Assembly: GCF_003991155.1 (NCBI RefSeq)
Contig: NZ_CP031293.1
Direction: 5' to 3' (one strand)
Length of the DNA stretch: 64,000 nucleotides
DNA from: Escherichia coli
GTDB lineage: Bacteria; Pseudomonadota; Gammaproteobacteria; Enterobacterales; Enterobacteriaceae
Shown here one piece after another: positions 1-10,281 of the stretch (position 1 is the stretch's first letter; each line of letters begins with the position of its first letter). The notes below the pieces were generated by a model, which had not been told where the DNA came from, ran no database searches, and saw nothing but the letters and a program-made list of their open reading frames with translations. A program made the translations under genes and the position numbers.

Positions 1-391
1 ATAACTCAGTGGCCATTTTAATGTTTTTTAAGCCCATCTGGCATTGCCCCATATAATAAACCAAAGAGAAATCGTTATCGGGAGATAGCATTAAACAGAT
101 ATGATACATGTCGAATGCCTTTTGATAATCTTTCTTCAATTGACAGACGGCGGCATATCCTTTTAGATAGTTATAATTTTGGAAATCATAAATACAGAGA
201 AATTTAAAAAAGAGTTCAGCTTCGTCAAGTCTTCCTTTTTCATAAAAGTTATAAGCGTAAGCATAAACGCCTTCAAGGGTATCCGGGGTTATGCCATGCA
301 GCTCTGCAAGTGTTGCTCCCATACCTAATGCACGTTCGAACTTACTGGCAATTTCTTTATTTTCTTCTAAATCCAGATTTGCGCTTTCCAT
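1..391 (-). CDS. Type III secretion class II chaperone-like protein (SycD/LcrH/SicA/IpgC family, TPR); first ~130 codons, 3' end beyond window start; possibly eicA of the ETT2-associated eip locus
   Basis: Minus-strand frame starts at ATG (plus 389-391) after an AAGGAG Shine-Dalgarno and runs off the window edge. Translation MESANLDLEENKEIASKFERALGMGATLAELHGITPDTLEGVYAYAYNFYEKGRLDEAELFFKFLCIYDF...AAVCQLKK closely resembles SicA/IpgC. Absent from ORF track because no stop lies inside the window. Confidence 0.55.
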   Translation of the reverse strand, partial: MESANLDLEENKEIASKFERALGMGATLAELHGITPDTLEGVYAYAYNFYEKGRLDEAELFFKFLCIYDFQNYNYLKGYAAVCQLKKDYQKAFDMYHICLMLSPDNDFSLVYYMGQCQMGLKNIKMATEL

Positions 392-692
392 CTCTACTCT
401 CTCCTTTCGAACATTCTTTGTTCAGACTTCACCATTTTTTAGAGGGTGGTGATATCAAAATTCGCTCATTTTTATGTCCATCCGTTGGGCTTCGTTTTCT
501 GCATTAAAAACAAGTATTGTTTCAATGAGATAAGATTTTCTATGTGATGAAATGAAAATAATGTAGAGGGAAATTTATCCACAATCCTGATGAACGGGTT
601 CAATTTTGATTGGAATTTAAAAAAGCAGGTGATTTACTGATGTGCGAGCTTAAGTCAGCGGCTGCTGGCCTGAGCGCGGAGGTGTGCGAAAT

Positions 693-986
693 TCACATAT
701 CCGGGCATTCCACCTTACCCAGCGCTTCCCAGTAGTTATTCTGATTATTACGCTCCATCGCCACAATAGCTTCGCGGATATGTTGTTTGTTACTCTCATC
801 AGACAACATTAATTTTTCCCACGCTTCGTCTGATAATGACGCCTGTGGCGTGCAAATTTTACGTAAATCTTGCAATACCGTGGTTTTCTCTTTTGCCGAC
901 TGTAGCGAGCTGAATGGCGACTCGGCCTGAGAAATGGCTGGAAAAGTCAGGAATACGGTAATCATGAGTAGCATCGTTGGCTTCAT
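693..986 (-). CDS. yicS: YicS, small periplasmic protein (97 aa)
   Basis: ORF 693..1055 trimmed to internal Met (MKPTMLLMITVF... signal peptide); matches remembered E. coli YicS. Confidence 0.8.
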   Translation of the reverse strand: MKPTMLLMITVFLTFPAISQAESPFSSLQSAKEKTTVLQDLRKICTPQASLSDEAWEKLMLSDESNKQHIREAIVAMERNNQNNYWEALGKVECPDM

Positions 987-1194
987 AGCGGCAACCTTCT
1001 GCAAATGTGCATCGAATGAAGCATAAGTGTAGTTTGCTTTTACCGCTCTCATCATGCTGTACGAAAGGTGTTTGCGTGGTCAGTAAGAAGTGCCAGTTTT
1101 TTATACCTTTTTCTTCTATTCGATAGCTTTTCGTTTTTTAAATCGTAGTGATCTTGCCATTATAGTCAGTTAATGATTAAAAAAAGGATAAAAA

Positions 1195-2013
1195 ATGAAA
1201 CTGACAACACATCATCTACGGGCGGGGGCCGCATTATTGCTGGCAGGAATTCTGCTGGCAGGTTGCGACCAGAGTAGCAGCGATGCAAAACACATTAAAG
1301 TTGGCGTTATAAATGGCGCAGAACAAGATGTCGCGGAAGTCGCTAAAAAGGTGGCAAAAGAGAAATATGGCCTCGATGTTGAACTGGTAGGATTTAGCGG
1401 TTCGTTGCTACCGAACGATGCGACAAATCATGGCGAGCTTGATGCGAACGTCTTCCAGCATCGGCCCTTTCTTGAACAAGATAATCAGGCGCATGGTTAT
1501 AAACTGGTAGCGGTGGGAAATACGTTTGTCTTCCCTATGGCGGGTTATTCCAAAAAAATCAAAACCGTGGCGCAAATAAAAGAAGGCGCGACAGTGGCGA
1601 TCCCCAACGACCCGACCAACCTTGGTCGCGCGCTTTTACTGTTGCAAAAAGAGAAGCTAATTACTCTGAAAGAGGGAAAAGGGTTATTACCTACCGCACT
1701 GGATATAACCGATAATCCTCGTCATTTGCAGATTATGGAACTCGAGGGGGCGCAGCTCCCGCGCGTACTGGATGATCCCAAAGTTGATGTGGCGATTATC
1801 AGCACCACTTACATTCAGCAGACCGGACTTTCTCCGGTGCACGACAGCGTATTTATTGAAGATAAAAATTCGCCGTATGTGAACATTCTGGTAGCACGGG
1901 AAGATAATAAGAATGCAGAAAACGTGAAGGAATTTCTGCAATCTTATCAATCATCCGAAGTCGCTAAAGCGGCAGAAACCATCTTTAACGGTGGCGCGGT
2001 GCCTGGCTGGTAA
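1195..2013 (+). CDS. nlpA: Lipoprotein-28, methionine-binding lipoprotein family (MetQ paralog)
   Basis: 272 aa; lipobox LAGC after signal peptide; sequence matches E. coli NlpA. Confidence 0.9.
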   Translation: MKLTTHHLRAGAALLLAGILLAGCDQSSSDAKHIKVGVINGAEQDVAEVAKKVAKEKYGLDVELVGFSGSLLPNDATNHGELDANVFQHRPFLEQDNQAHGYKLVAVGNTFVFPMAGYSKKIKTVAQIKEGATVAIPNDPTNLGRALLLLQKEKLITLKEGKGLLPTALDITDNPRHLQIMELEGAQLPRVLDDPKVDVAIISTTYIQQTGLSPVHDSVFIEDKNSPYVNILVAREDNKNAENVKEFLQSYQSSEVAKAAETIFNGGAVPGW

Positions 2014-2016
2014 TTC

Positions 2017-2940
2017 TCACTCATCCCGCGCCGGACGATTTATTTTTCTGGCGCGGCGACGGGAATCCATTGAAATCAAAATCACTGATGACAGAATCAG
2101 AAGCGTTCCCAGCCAGTCCGGTAATGTGAATGTGATCCCCAGCAACAGCAAAGAGAGCAGCGCGCTACTTAATGGTTCTGCACAGCTCAAAATGCTGGCT
2201 TTTGGACCGCCAATTAATTGTGCTCCTTTCAGGTACAGACTAAATGTCAGGGACGTACCAATGACCACCAAATAAAAAAACGCCAGAATCAAACTGCCGT
2301 TAACGACAAAGTTTGTCCCTTGTCTGGCATAAAAAGGCAACAGAATCAGACCGCCGATCAGCATACTCCAGCCGACGACAGGCAACGTGCCATAGCGGGC
2401 AATTAGCGTTGAGGGATAGGTGGTATAGAATGCCGCAGCAAATGCCGAGGCAATGCCCCAGAATAACGCGGCAGGAGAGATCGATAATGACGTCGGATTA
2501 CCGTGTGTCACCAGTAAAAAAGTCCCGACCAGCGATGTCAAAATAGCGCAAAAAACCAGAATGCCCGGGCGCGATTTACGTACCAGTGAGAACCAGGCGA
2601 CGATAATCGTCGGTGAGAGGAATTGCAGCACCGTTGCCGTGGCTGCGTTCGATTTTTCGATGGTTAGCAAAAAAGTGAGCTGTACGGTTAGCGCGCCAAC
2701 CACGGAAAAAATCAGCAGACTAATGGCATCTTTGTGATTGTTAATAATAGAAAAGATTTTATCGCCATGAACAAATGACAGCGTCAGCAGAATCAAACCG
2801 GCGAATATCAAACGCGTCATAGTCAAAAACTGCGACGACATCTGGCTTTGCTCCATGATGTATTGCGCGCAGACCCCTGAACTTCCCCACAACACGGCGG
2901 CAATCAGAACGTTCAGCATCCCCTTTCTGGTGGAACCCAT
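2017..2940 (-). CDS. yicL: EamA/DMT-family inner membrane transporter YicL
   Basis: 307 aa polytopic membrane protein; position between nlpA and setC as in E. coli. Confidence 0.8.
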
Positions 2941-3050
2941 TTTTCCCTCTGCATACTGTTTTGTCGTTTATGTATGCAGGCATGATAGCAAAAATGGCGA
3001 GGATGGCTCTGTTTGCGCCACGCCGATTTTTCTTAGCCCAGACTGGTGAG

Positions 3051-4235
3051 CTAAATATCTTTAATAAACAGCAGGCAAATCATCGCAATACCCAACATCC
3101 CTATCGCCAGCCAGAACAACGCGTGGTAGCTCCAGATTTCAACCATAATTCCGTCAACAGAGCCGGCGATAATCCAGCCGACGCGTGAGGTATTTGCATA
3201 TAACGTTGTCGCAGAGCCTATTTTTTCAGGCATCAGATCCTGAAAATAAAGCATGCCGATACCACAGAGAATACCAAGGAAGATGGCATTAAGAATTTGC
3301 AATTCCAGCTCAACTGCCGGAGTCGTCGCCATGAGTACGCTGGCGTAAAAACACATTCCACTCACGATAGCAATGAGCATTAATAGCCGCTTGCCAATAC
3401 GTTTCATGTAATAGCCTGCGATTAACATCATCGGAATTTCCAGACCGGCAGCGATACCAATCATTTCTCCAGCCAGTTTATCGGTTAGATGCAGTTCATC
3501 AATAATAAATAGCGGCATATTTATCATGTAGAGATTATTCGCCGCCCACATCATTGAACAGACCACAAAAAGTAGCCGCGTATCCCGCTTCCTGTGGGTG
3601 GAGGGTAAAATTTCTATGGGTTGGGTAACGACAGGAATATTTCTTTGTATTGATGGCAAAAACAACCAGACTATCAGTCCGCAAACAACAAATGCGATGG
3701 CAGCGGTGAGATACATCACTTTAAAACTAAATCCCATTGCCAGTTCATAAGCGAGCGGTGGCCCGATAACCCAGGCAAGCGAGATCTGAGCACGTAAAAA
3801 TGTACTGAACATGACCGTCTCACGGCCTGTTCTGTCGGCGTGTTCACGGGCGAGGGCGAACATTTGCGGGTTTGCAGTGGAAGCAAAACTACTCAGAAGT
3901 ACGCCCGTTGAGAGGAGAATGAAGTAGTTGCGATTCCACGCAAAAAGCGTGCAGGCCAGCACTCCAAATAAGCAACATAGCAGGATCAGTAATTTACGGT
4001 CGCCTTGTTTATCGGAGTGCCTTGCCAGAAATTGACTGACCAGAATTCCCATAATAGCGCTACCGGTGAAGAAAAAACCTACCATTATAGGACGGGCTTT
4101 CAGTTCATCTGCGAGGAATATACTTAGGGTGGGAGTCTGGAGAGCGCCCGCAATACCCGTCAGAAAGGCGACAAGTAAAAATGCCGCGGCAGTGAGATCA
4201 AGTATTTTTGATGGAGTAGTAGCCGTTTTTTGCAT
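3051..4235 (-). CDS. setC: Sugar efflux transporter SetC (MFS)
   Basis: 394 aa MFS protein matching E. coli SetC; canonical neighbour of selC. Confidence 0.85.
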   Translation of the reverse strand: MQKTATTPSKILDLTAAAFLLVAFLTGIAGALQTPTLSIFLADELKARPIMVGFFFTGSAIMGILVSQFLARHSDKQGDRKLLILLCCLFGVLACTLFAWNRNYFILLSTGVLLSSFASTANPQMFALAREHADRTGRETVMFSTFLRAQISLAWVIGPPLAYELAMGFSFKVMYLTAAIAFVVCGLIVWLFLPSIQRNIPVVTQPIEILPSTHRKRDTRLLFVVCSMMWAANNLYMINMPLFIIDELHLTDKLAGEMIGIAAGLEIPMMLIAGYYMKRIGKRLLMLIAIVSGMCFYASVLMATTPAVELELQILNAIFLGILCGIGMLYFQDLMPEKIGSATTLYANTSRVGWIIAGSVDGIMVEIWSYHALFWLAIGMLGIAMICLLFIKDI

Positions 4236-4689
4236 TCTTCTGAATCACCGGGCGACAAAATATAACTGAGTTACAAATAAGTACCAGTCGAATGAGTATT
4301 GTATTAAGAATTTTTGAGTATCGCTGATACAACCAGAAAGCAATGCTAGCGCAATATTATAGGGCCAGCAATTGAGATTATTAGCAAAAGCATGTTAAGA
4401 GTTAATCACCGAATTTATATATTAATTATAGTAAGACAATGAGCTATTTTTGATAGTAAAAATAAAACAAATTTATTTGATATATTAAATGAACAAATTA
4501 ATCTTGATGGCAGTCTGATTATTGGTGAAGTTTACAGGTCAGTTTTTTTCGCCAGCGGTTAAAGGAATAGAATCGTCGTATAAAAAAAGGGTGTTCTGGG
4601 GCGTGTAAAACAACATCTTCACCTTAATGGCGATACAGTTGGCTGAGAGTCAGCAGGGGGGCAAATCACCTGCAAATAAACACGGCGCA

Positions 4690-4810
4690 TGCTGGCGCGA
4701 ATATCGCGGATGCGTTCGAGGACAGAAGAACCGACAGGCGGATTCTTCAGCCGCTCATCGTCCATCACAAAACCTTTGACCAGGTATTCCTGAAGCCGAT
4801 TGAATATTGA
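4690..4810 (-). pseudogene. Fragment of a RhuM-family (virulence protein RhuM-like) gene
   Basis: Minus-strand translation ...NRLQEYLVKGFVMDDERLKNPPVGSSVLERIRDIRASMRRV contains the LERIRDIRAS motif remembered from RhuM-family proteins; no intact ORF. Confidence 0.35.
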
Positions 4811-4872
4811 GCAGTAGAAAATATCTGGATTGACAGTATTACAAGGGATTGGAGAACGTCAGAAGAGGCATT

Positions 4873-4897
4873 TTGGCGGAAGATCACAGGAGTCGAA
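4873..4897. repeat. attR-like direct repeat: partial copy of selC 3' end (TTGGCGGAAGATCACAGGAGTCGAA)
   Basis: Exact 25-bp match to 49999..50023 (3' end of selC); additional AGAAGAGG shared just upstream. Confidence 0.8.
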
Positions 4898-5032
4898 TAT
4901 GAGAGTTAATGTTTTGATTTTAAATGATTAATACGTGTTGGATAAATGAGTAACCCCCATAAGAACCCCCAAATGACTTTGCGTAAGGGAATGAGGCTAA
5001 AATACACAATCGAATCAATTCTTAGAGCTTTA

Positions 5033-5878
5033 TTATGAAGGTAACACTCCCGGATAGTGTTTCGCAATAATCTCATTAAGTCTGTCAACCAGTTCTGGTT
5101 TCCTGAACGTGATGTGCGCGGAGCCCTTCTTAAAGTATCTGATGCTGAACATCTCATCTTCATAGTCCTCTTTACCCTGAACTGAGTGGATGTGATCATC
5201 CAGACGAATAGTGATGTTTTCCCGGTTGTCGGGGATCGGTTTGCCGCTGAACAGGTGTAGCATTCTTTCCAGATCGGCAAGTCGATCTGCCTGTTGCCCG
5301 GTGATAAGATGAAACCCCCACCGGTCCCACCTCACCAGGTTGTTGACGATAATTTTACTGCCAAATTTACAGGGCGAGTTGGTTTTGTAATCCCAGCCCA
5401 GTCCTCTGAAAACGTTGATCACCCCTCGCTCAAACACCTCATCCTTATTCTGGTGCAGTTGTTCAAATGTGCTCAGAATGTTCGCTTCATTGATTTTCGG
5501 AAAATTATCATATTCCAGTGACCGGTACCATGTATCACGGGCCTGTGCATCCATTAAGGAAAGCATCCCTGAACGTTGCATCAAGTTTCGCCAGATTTCA
5601 CGGTCAAGGTTCCGGGTGATGGCTTTCATTGCGGTTTCCGGTTTTTCCATCAGCCAGCAACCGCAGCGAAAATCCTGTTTCATCGCCCAGTCCAGGGCGG
5701 TTTTACCTCCAATACTTTCTGTCAGTACTGAGATTTCTGCCAGTTGCCGGATAAGTGTGTCGATTTGCAGCAGCGCACTCTTTCGTACAGCCAGAATGTG
5801 GCGGATACTGGTTGAGCAGATAACGTCCGTATGCCCGTTGACCAGTTCCGGGCGGGAGATTGTGATATCTGACATCAT
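5033..5878 (-). CDS. Conserved island-end protein, probably DUF4942 family
   Basis: 281-aa ORF at the integrase-distal island end downstream of the CbtA module; family assignment from memory. Confidence 0.55.
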   Translation of the reverse strand: MMSDITISRPELVNGHTDVICSTSIRHILAVRKSALLQIDTLIRQLAEISVLTESIGGKTALDWAMKQDFRCGCWLMEKPETAMKAITRNLDREIWRNLMQRSGMLSLMDAQARDTWYRSLEYDNFPKINEANILSTFEQLHQNKDEVFERGVINVFRGLGWDYKTNSPCKFGSKIIVNNLVRWDRWGFHLITGQQADRLADLERMLHLFSGKPIPDNRENITIRLDDHIHSVQGKEDYEDEMFSIRYFKKGSAHITFRKPELVDRLNEIIAKHYPGVLPS

Positions 5879-5890
5879 CGTTTTTCCTTT

Positions 5891-5930
5891 TGGTTTATAA
5901 ACGAAAACGCCAGCCCTGTTCAGGCTGGCG
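5891..5930 (-). terminator. Rho-independent terminator-like hairpin
   Basis: Stem CGCCAGCC/GGCTGGCG (5908-5930) followed on the minus strand by TTTTCGTTT. Confidence 0.5.
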
Positions 5931-5959
5931 TCAGTGGAATGAAGTCTGGTGAGTGAGAT

Positions 5960-6202
5960 TCACCGGTTCTGGTGCAGAAGCTGCAGTTGGCGCAGGGTAT
6001 GGATATCCTCCCTCGCCTGTTCAATACAGGACAACAGTGCTGCCGAATCCGTTTTATCCTCATTGTTGTCAAAGATAATTCCGGATTCGCAGTCGATATT
6101 GTCCTGCAGCCACGCAATCAGAATATCCAGTGCGGTTTCCGTGGTTAATGATTTCATGTTGCTCCTGGTTACCAGTTGAAAGTGGGTAAACCCGGCAGGC
6201 AT
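5960..6202 (-). CDS. Small YeeW-like protein
   Basis: 80-aa ORF (probable start at internal Met, ~6157) downstream of the cbtA-like toxin; resembles YeeW family. Confidence 0.4.
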   Translation of the reverse strand: MPAGFTHFQLVTRSNMKSLTTETALDILIAWLQDNIDCESGIIFDNNEDKTDSAALLSCIEQAREDIHTLRQLQLLHQNR

Positions 6203-6657
6203 TCAGCGCTGGCATCCAGATGAATGAGACTGACGCCATAACGTCGGGTAAGTGTGATAACCAGACGACGGAACGTTTTTGACAGCCCCAGGCGTTTAAG
6301 CCGCAGAACCGGATATGACCACGCATCGGTACGTAACAGATATCCGCTACCTGTGAAATGAATCCATTCTGATTCACCGAAGTCACTGGTCTGGTGTGAC
6401 AGCGAGTACAGCCAGGCGTTGTCCGTTTCCGTGATATGTGCGGTACTGCAGCGTATACCGGTCAGGGCAGCAAATGGTGGCATGCAGTCTGTTGAGGCCC
6501 GGTCAGATGCATCAACAACACGAAGGGAGTGGCCATTATCACAGACCACGTTAATCAGTTCAGCGAGATTAACACCATCGACGTCAACGACAATGCGTCC
6601 CATGTTCAGTGCCTGCACGTTAATGCTGTCGGCTTCCAGCGTCAGGGCCAGTTTCAT
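6169..6657 (-). CDS. Hypothetical protein, possibly DUF5983 family
   Basis: 162-aa ORF whose start overlaps the toxin stop (ATGA coupling). Confidence 0.5.
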   Translation of the reverse strand: MKLALTLEADSINVQALNMGRIVVDVDGVNLAELINVVCDNGHSLRVVDASDRASTDCMPPFAALTGIRCSTAHITETDNAWLYSLSHQTSDFGESEWIHFTGSGYLLRTDAWSYPVLRLKRLGLSKTFRRLVITLTRRYGVSLIHLDASAECLPGLPTFNW

Positions 6658-7031
6658 TGTTTCGCCTCCGGATGTTTCCCCTGGGTAATGTTATTTACCG
6701 TTCTGTAGTTATCGCGGGTCATCAGGCCGGTTGCCCTGCGAGCCCGGAGAATATCAATACTGTTTATTAACTGAGAGCGGGTACAGGCGCTGAATCCCGG
6801 CTGGTCGGTACGTATCAGTGCGTATTTTTCAACGAGAAAGTTCACCGCATCACACAGTGAAATGCCAGCTTCAATATGCTGCTCAATCACACGTTCATCG
6901 GCGAACGGTGTGTCATTCAGTGTGAGGCCATAGTGCTGGTCCAGCAACCGGGACAGCAGTGTCTGCCAGATGGTGACGGGAGACGGGCAGCGAGATACCT
7001 CCCGTACATGTGTGTCGGATAATGTTTTCAT
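6654..7031 (-). CDS. Type IV toxin, CbtA/YeeV/YkfI family
   Basis: 125 aa; near-identical in long stretches to remembered YeeV (…[50 protein letters not shown]…). Confidence 0.85.
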   Translation of the reverse strand: MKTLSDTHVREVSRCPSPVTIWQTLLSRLLDQHYGLTLNDTPFADERVIEQHIEAGISLCDAVNFLVEKYALIRTDQPGFSACTRSQLINSIDILRARRATGLMTRDNYRTVNNITQGKHPEAKQ

Positions 7032-7077
7032 CTTAAGTTCTCTGTAACTGGTAGTGCTAAAGGTGAGAGCTTCGGGG

Positions 7078-7452
7078 TTATGAGGTGGTTGCGGGTGCTG
7101 GTGTCGGATAAACAGTCAGATAAACGTAACCACAGGAGCCGAGGGTGTCGGCTTCGCAGGTCAGCCCTTTTGCATACAGCGTGACGGTATGCTGATGTCG
7201 GGGATTCAGTTCACCGCTGGTGAGCATGAGTTCCAGTTGTTTCATCAGCAGCGGAAAGGCCTGGTCCAGATGGTATGCATCTGCGTCGCTGAAGCGGCCT
7301 CTGATACCCGCGCGGTCGGCAAGGTAATGCAGGTGGTTACCCTCCTGCACCAGACGGGCGCCAAAACAGGGCCTCACTGTGCAGGGAAGCCCCCACCAGG
7401 GGCGGTCGTGATTGTCGTCGGGATGAGTTATCCCGGAGAGTTTGTCTGACAC
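7078..7452 (-). CDS. Type IV antitoxin, CbeA/YeeU/YfjZ family
   Basis: 124 aa; [43 protein letters not shown] matches YeeU. Confidence 0.85.
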   Translation of the reverse strand: MSDKLSGITHPDDNHDRPWWGLPCTVRPCFGARLVQEGNHLHYLADRAGIRGRFSDADAYHLDQAFPLLMKQLELMLTSGELNPRHQHTVTLYAKGLTCEADTLGSCGYVYLTVYPTPAPATTS

Positions 7453-7614
7453 GATAAAATCCTCTCTGAAAAGTGGTTAAGAATGGTTTAACGATGACAG
7501 GTCAGCCGGCGCGCTGACCGGTTTCGGTGAAGATGTATGCATTGATGAGAATGGCCTCATCCACAGCGGCGTCTGAGGTCATCTGGTCGTACTCGTTTCC
7601 CGGGTGACGGAACA

Positions 7615-7836
7615 TCAGTTCAGGGTGACACTCATCAGCCGGACATACGGGCCAAAACTGTCCTTACGGCGTTCTGCAAACACAGCCAGCACACCGGGAA
7701 TATCCTGCACTTCACGACCGGTATACGCTTCAGTGCCACCGTGCCAGCGGTACTTACCTGTGCAGAACGGAAAAAGACGGGATGCAGGATGCTGTTGGTG
7801 AATACGCATGGCTTCACCACGGGTGATGATTCTCAT
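7615..7836 (-). CDS. YeeT/YkfH-like protein (DUF987)
   Basis: 73-aa ORF in the conserved position between the RadC-like gene and the antitoxin. Confidence 0.55.
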   Translation of the reverse strand: MRIITRGEAMRIHQQHPASRLFPFCTGKYRWHGGTEAYTGREVQDIPGVLAVFAERRKDSFGPYVRLMSVTLN

Positions 7837-7898
7837 GATGTGATACCTCTGAAGACAGAAGATAAAAGTGAAAACAGGTGTGATGTGGTTGTGACGGG

Positions 7899-8375
7899 TT
7901 AAAGCAGACCATGTTCGGCAAAGGAGAATACCTGGCTGCCACCGACTATCAGATGGTCCGGCACCCGGATATCCACCAGGGCCAGCGCCTGAACCAGACG
8001 TTCCGTAATAAGCCGGTCTGCCTTACTGGGTGTGACTTCACCGGACGGATGATTGTGCGCCAGCACCACGGCAGCGGCATTGTGGTACAGGGCGCGTTTA
8101 ATCACCTCCCGGGGATGAACTTCCGTGCGGTTGATGGTGCCGGTGAAGAGGGTTTCACCGGCAATCAGCTGATTCTGGTTGTTCAGATACAGCACCCGGA
8201 ACTCTTCACGCTCCAGTCCCGCCATGTTCAGAATCAGCCATTCTCGTGCCGCACGGGTGGAGGTGAAGGCCACGCCGGGTTCATGAAGATGGCGGTCCAG
8301 GGTTTTCAGGGCCCGTTGAATGAGGCTGCGCTCACCGGGCGTCATTTCTCCGGGCAGAAAGGAAATCTGTTGCAT
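7899..8375 (-). CDS. RadC-like JAB-domain protein (YeeS/YfjY/YkfG family)
   Basis: 158 aa; HNHPSGEVTPSKADRLITERL matches the JAMM/RadC motif. Confidence 0.8.
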   Translation of the reverse strand: MQQISFLPGEMTPGERSLIQRALKTLDRHLHEPGVAFTSTRAAREWLILNMAGLEREEFRVLYLNNQNQLIAGETLFTGTINRTEVHPREVIKRALYHNAAAVVLAHNHPSGEVTPSKADRLITERLVQALALVDIRVPDHLIVGGSQVFSFAEHGLL

Positions 8376-8389
8376 TGTTCCGGCCCCTT

Positions 8390-8869
8390 TCAGTCAATGA
8401 TGCGCATAATGGCGCTGCATTCCGGATGCTGCAGGGCGTAATCCCGCAGCCGGTAATAATGGACCGTCATGGCATAACATTCCGTACGACAGGCATGATG
8501 GCTGTACGTCATCAGACAGGCGGCAATACCGGCAGCTTCCGGACTCATTTCAGCGCGGTTACCGTTCATGGCATTGAACAGTACCCATGTTTCGTCATCA
8601 TCGTCATCCGGTTCAGGTGCCATAAATGCGCCACCGTTGTTCAGGGTGTACAGATTCCAGATGCCCCCGCAGTAGTCTTCGCACAGACGGTCCATCCAGC
8701 CGAAGACACGGGGCTCCAGGGTCACCCACTGTGGAATGAGGCCAAAATGCTGCGGCCAGAAGCTGATACGTTGTTCATCAGGGACGGGAGTAGCAACCAG
8801 TTGGGGCTGGTTATTCCCTGGTGCTGTGGCTGAAGAAAGAGCAGTTGTGTTCTGAGAAACGATTTTCAT
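8390..8869 (-). CDS. Antirestriction protein, KlcA/ArdB-like (YfjX/YeeR-position)
   Basis: ORF 8390..8941 trimmed to Met25 (MKIVSQ...) with an upstream AAGGAT ribosome-binding site; acidic DDDDDE tract. Confidence 0.65.
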   Translation of the reverse strand: MKIVSQNTTALSSATAPGNNQPQLVATPVPDEQRISFWPQHFGLIPQWVTLEPRVFGWMDRLCEDYCGGIWNLYTLNNGGAFMAPEPDDDDDETWVLFNAMNGNRAEMSPEAAGIAACLMTYSHHACRTECYAMTVHYYRLRDYALQHPECSAIMRIID

Positions 8870-9134
8870 GAGTGAAATCCTTACAATGTGTATAAATGAG
8901 AGGAAATAAAGGCCGGGGGCTGACAACATCACGTTCATCACTGACCGTGAGACCCGGCAATATCAGGGATGAATGATATTCGGCTGAAATTCCGGACAGC
9001 CGTACGCGTAACCGTTCCGGTCACAGACGGATGGCCAGAAGATGCCATTGCCTGTACTCAGTCTGCACAGACTGAGTTCTCCGGGGCGTCGGGTGATTCT
9101 GGTGCCTGAATCACGCCTTCAGGGACAGATTGCA

Positions 9135-9953
9135 TCAGCGCAGGCTCTCCAGTAGCGTTTCTGCCATCACCCACAATGCGCGATTGAGCTTAATGTCGGT
9201 GTCGATGCTGTGAATGGCACGGGTGTGGATACGTTTTCCTCTGGCACTGCGACCGGAAATTCCGCCTTTCAGCATATTCTCCTGGATGGTCTGATAAGTA
9301 CTCCACAGGTCCTTACCGTAATCCTCCCGGCGTCGTGGCGTCAGAATGTCGGTAGTGGTGACGGGCTGATGTTCATCACCATAACGGTAAGTCAGCGCCG
9401 CCTGTGCCAGCGCCTGGCGTGCCGGTGGCGGCAGGACCAGCGACTGCATGGCATCACGCTTTTCCTCAATCCGGTCAAACACGCCCACCACTTCGTAAGC
9501 ACCTTCTATGACCCTGTCCACCACGTTTCCCCGGTGTGGCACCCGGACTTCTCCCAGCGACTGACCGCAGACCAGGCCATTGGTACAAATGGCACGAAAA
9601 TATCCGGGTAACATCTGGTAGCTGGATGAACCGTCATGGGAGTTGAGCAGAATAATTTCAGGCACATGCTGACCGGTTATCTGTCCGGCCCGCCGCAGAC
9701 GCAGCATATGTTTGGTATATTCCCGGCGGCTCTGGTCGCGCACACGGGTCTGGCAGGCGAAGAACGGCTGAAAGCCTTCCCGCTGCAGATTTTCCAGGAC
9801 GGTGATGGTGGGAATGTACGCATACCGTTCACTGCGGGAGGTGTGCCGGTCTTCTCCAAAAATACTCGGGACGTGGTACATCAGTTCTTCGCGTGTCAGT
9901 GGGCGCTCCCGACGGATCTGATTTACATGACCAAAACGACTGGCTAATTGCAT
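9135..9953 (-). CDS. DUF932-family protein (YfjQ-like)
   Basis: 272 aa; size, position and sequence resemble YfjQ of CP4-57. Confidence 0.65.
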   Translation of the reverse strand: MQLASRFGHVNQIRRERPLTREELMYHVPSIFGEDRHTSRSERYAYIPTITVLENLQREGFQPFFACQTRVRDQSRREYTKHMLRLRRAGQITGQHVPEIILLNSHDGSSSYQMLPGYFRAICTNGLVCGQSLGEVRVPHRGNVVDRVIEGAYEVVGVFDRIEEKRDAMQSLVLPPPARQALAQAALTYRYGDEHQPVTTTDILTPRRREDYGKDLWSTYQTIQENMLKGGISGRSARGKRIHTRAIHSIDTDIKLNRALWVMAETLLESLR

Positions 9954-9979
9954 ACTTTGCTCCTTATGAATGAATTAGC

Positions 9980-10021
9980 GGTATAAACGAAAAGGCCGCG
10001 TCTCCCGGAGAAGACGCGGCC
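9980..10021 (-). terminator. Rho-independent terminator-like hairpin
   Basis: Stem GGCCGCGTCT/AGACGCGGCC followed on the minus strand by TTTTCGTTTATA; same TATAAACGAAAA motif as the hairpin at 5891-5930. Confidence 0.5.
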
Positions 10022-10042
10022 TGATGGATGAAATGAAGACGT

Positions 10043-10276
10043 TTATTGCCTGAGAATTCCCTCACTGGCGAGGTACGAATTTAGCTGTTTTCCGGCGTCA
10101 GACTCAAAATTCCAGCACCGCCAGCGTAGTTGCCCTTCGGCATTGCGGATAACCAGCAGGAAATGCGTTCCATGGTCATCTTCAATAAGCACATTGCGGT
10201 AAGCTGTTGTGGCAGCCATTGCCTGTTTGCGTGAGAAAGGGCCTTCGGGCAATAAAACAGGGTGACAGTCCGACAT
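10043..10276 (-). CDS. Small hypothetical protein (77 aa)
   Basis: ORF sits in the operon-like minus-strand array and is followed by a terminator hairpin. Confidence 0.4.
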   Translation of the reverse strand: MSDCHPVLLPEGPFSRKQAMAATTAYRNVLIEDDHGTHFLLVIRNAEGQLRWRCWNFESDAGKQLNSYLASEGILRQ

Positions 10277-10281
10277 ACCGG

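Noticed and set aside
310-507. 65-aa plus-strand ORF at the window start
   Set aside because: Lies antisense to and overlapping the much better supported SicA-like chaperone gene and its promoter; no ribosome-binding site or family resemblance.
1687-1950. Antisense ORFs inside well-supported genes (examples: 1687-1950 in nlpA, 7911-8441 opposite the RadC-like gene, 31080-31526 in tnaA, 52133-52420 in yicI, 33821-34291 in IS66 tnpC)
   Set aside because: Shadow ORFs on the opposite strand of genes with strong homology; no independent support.
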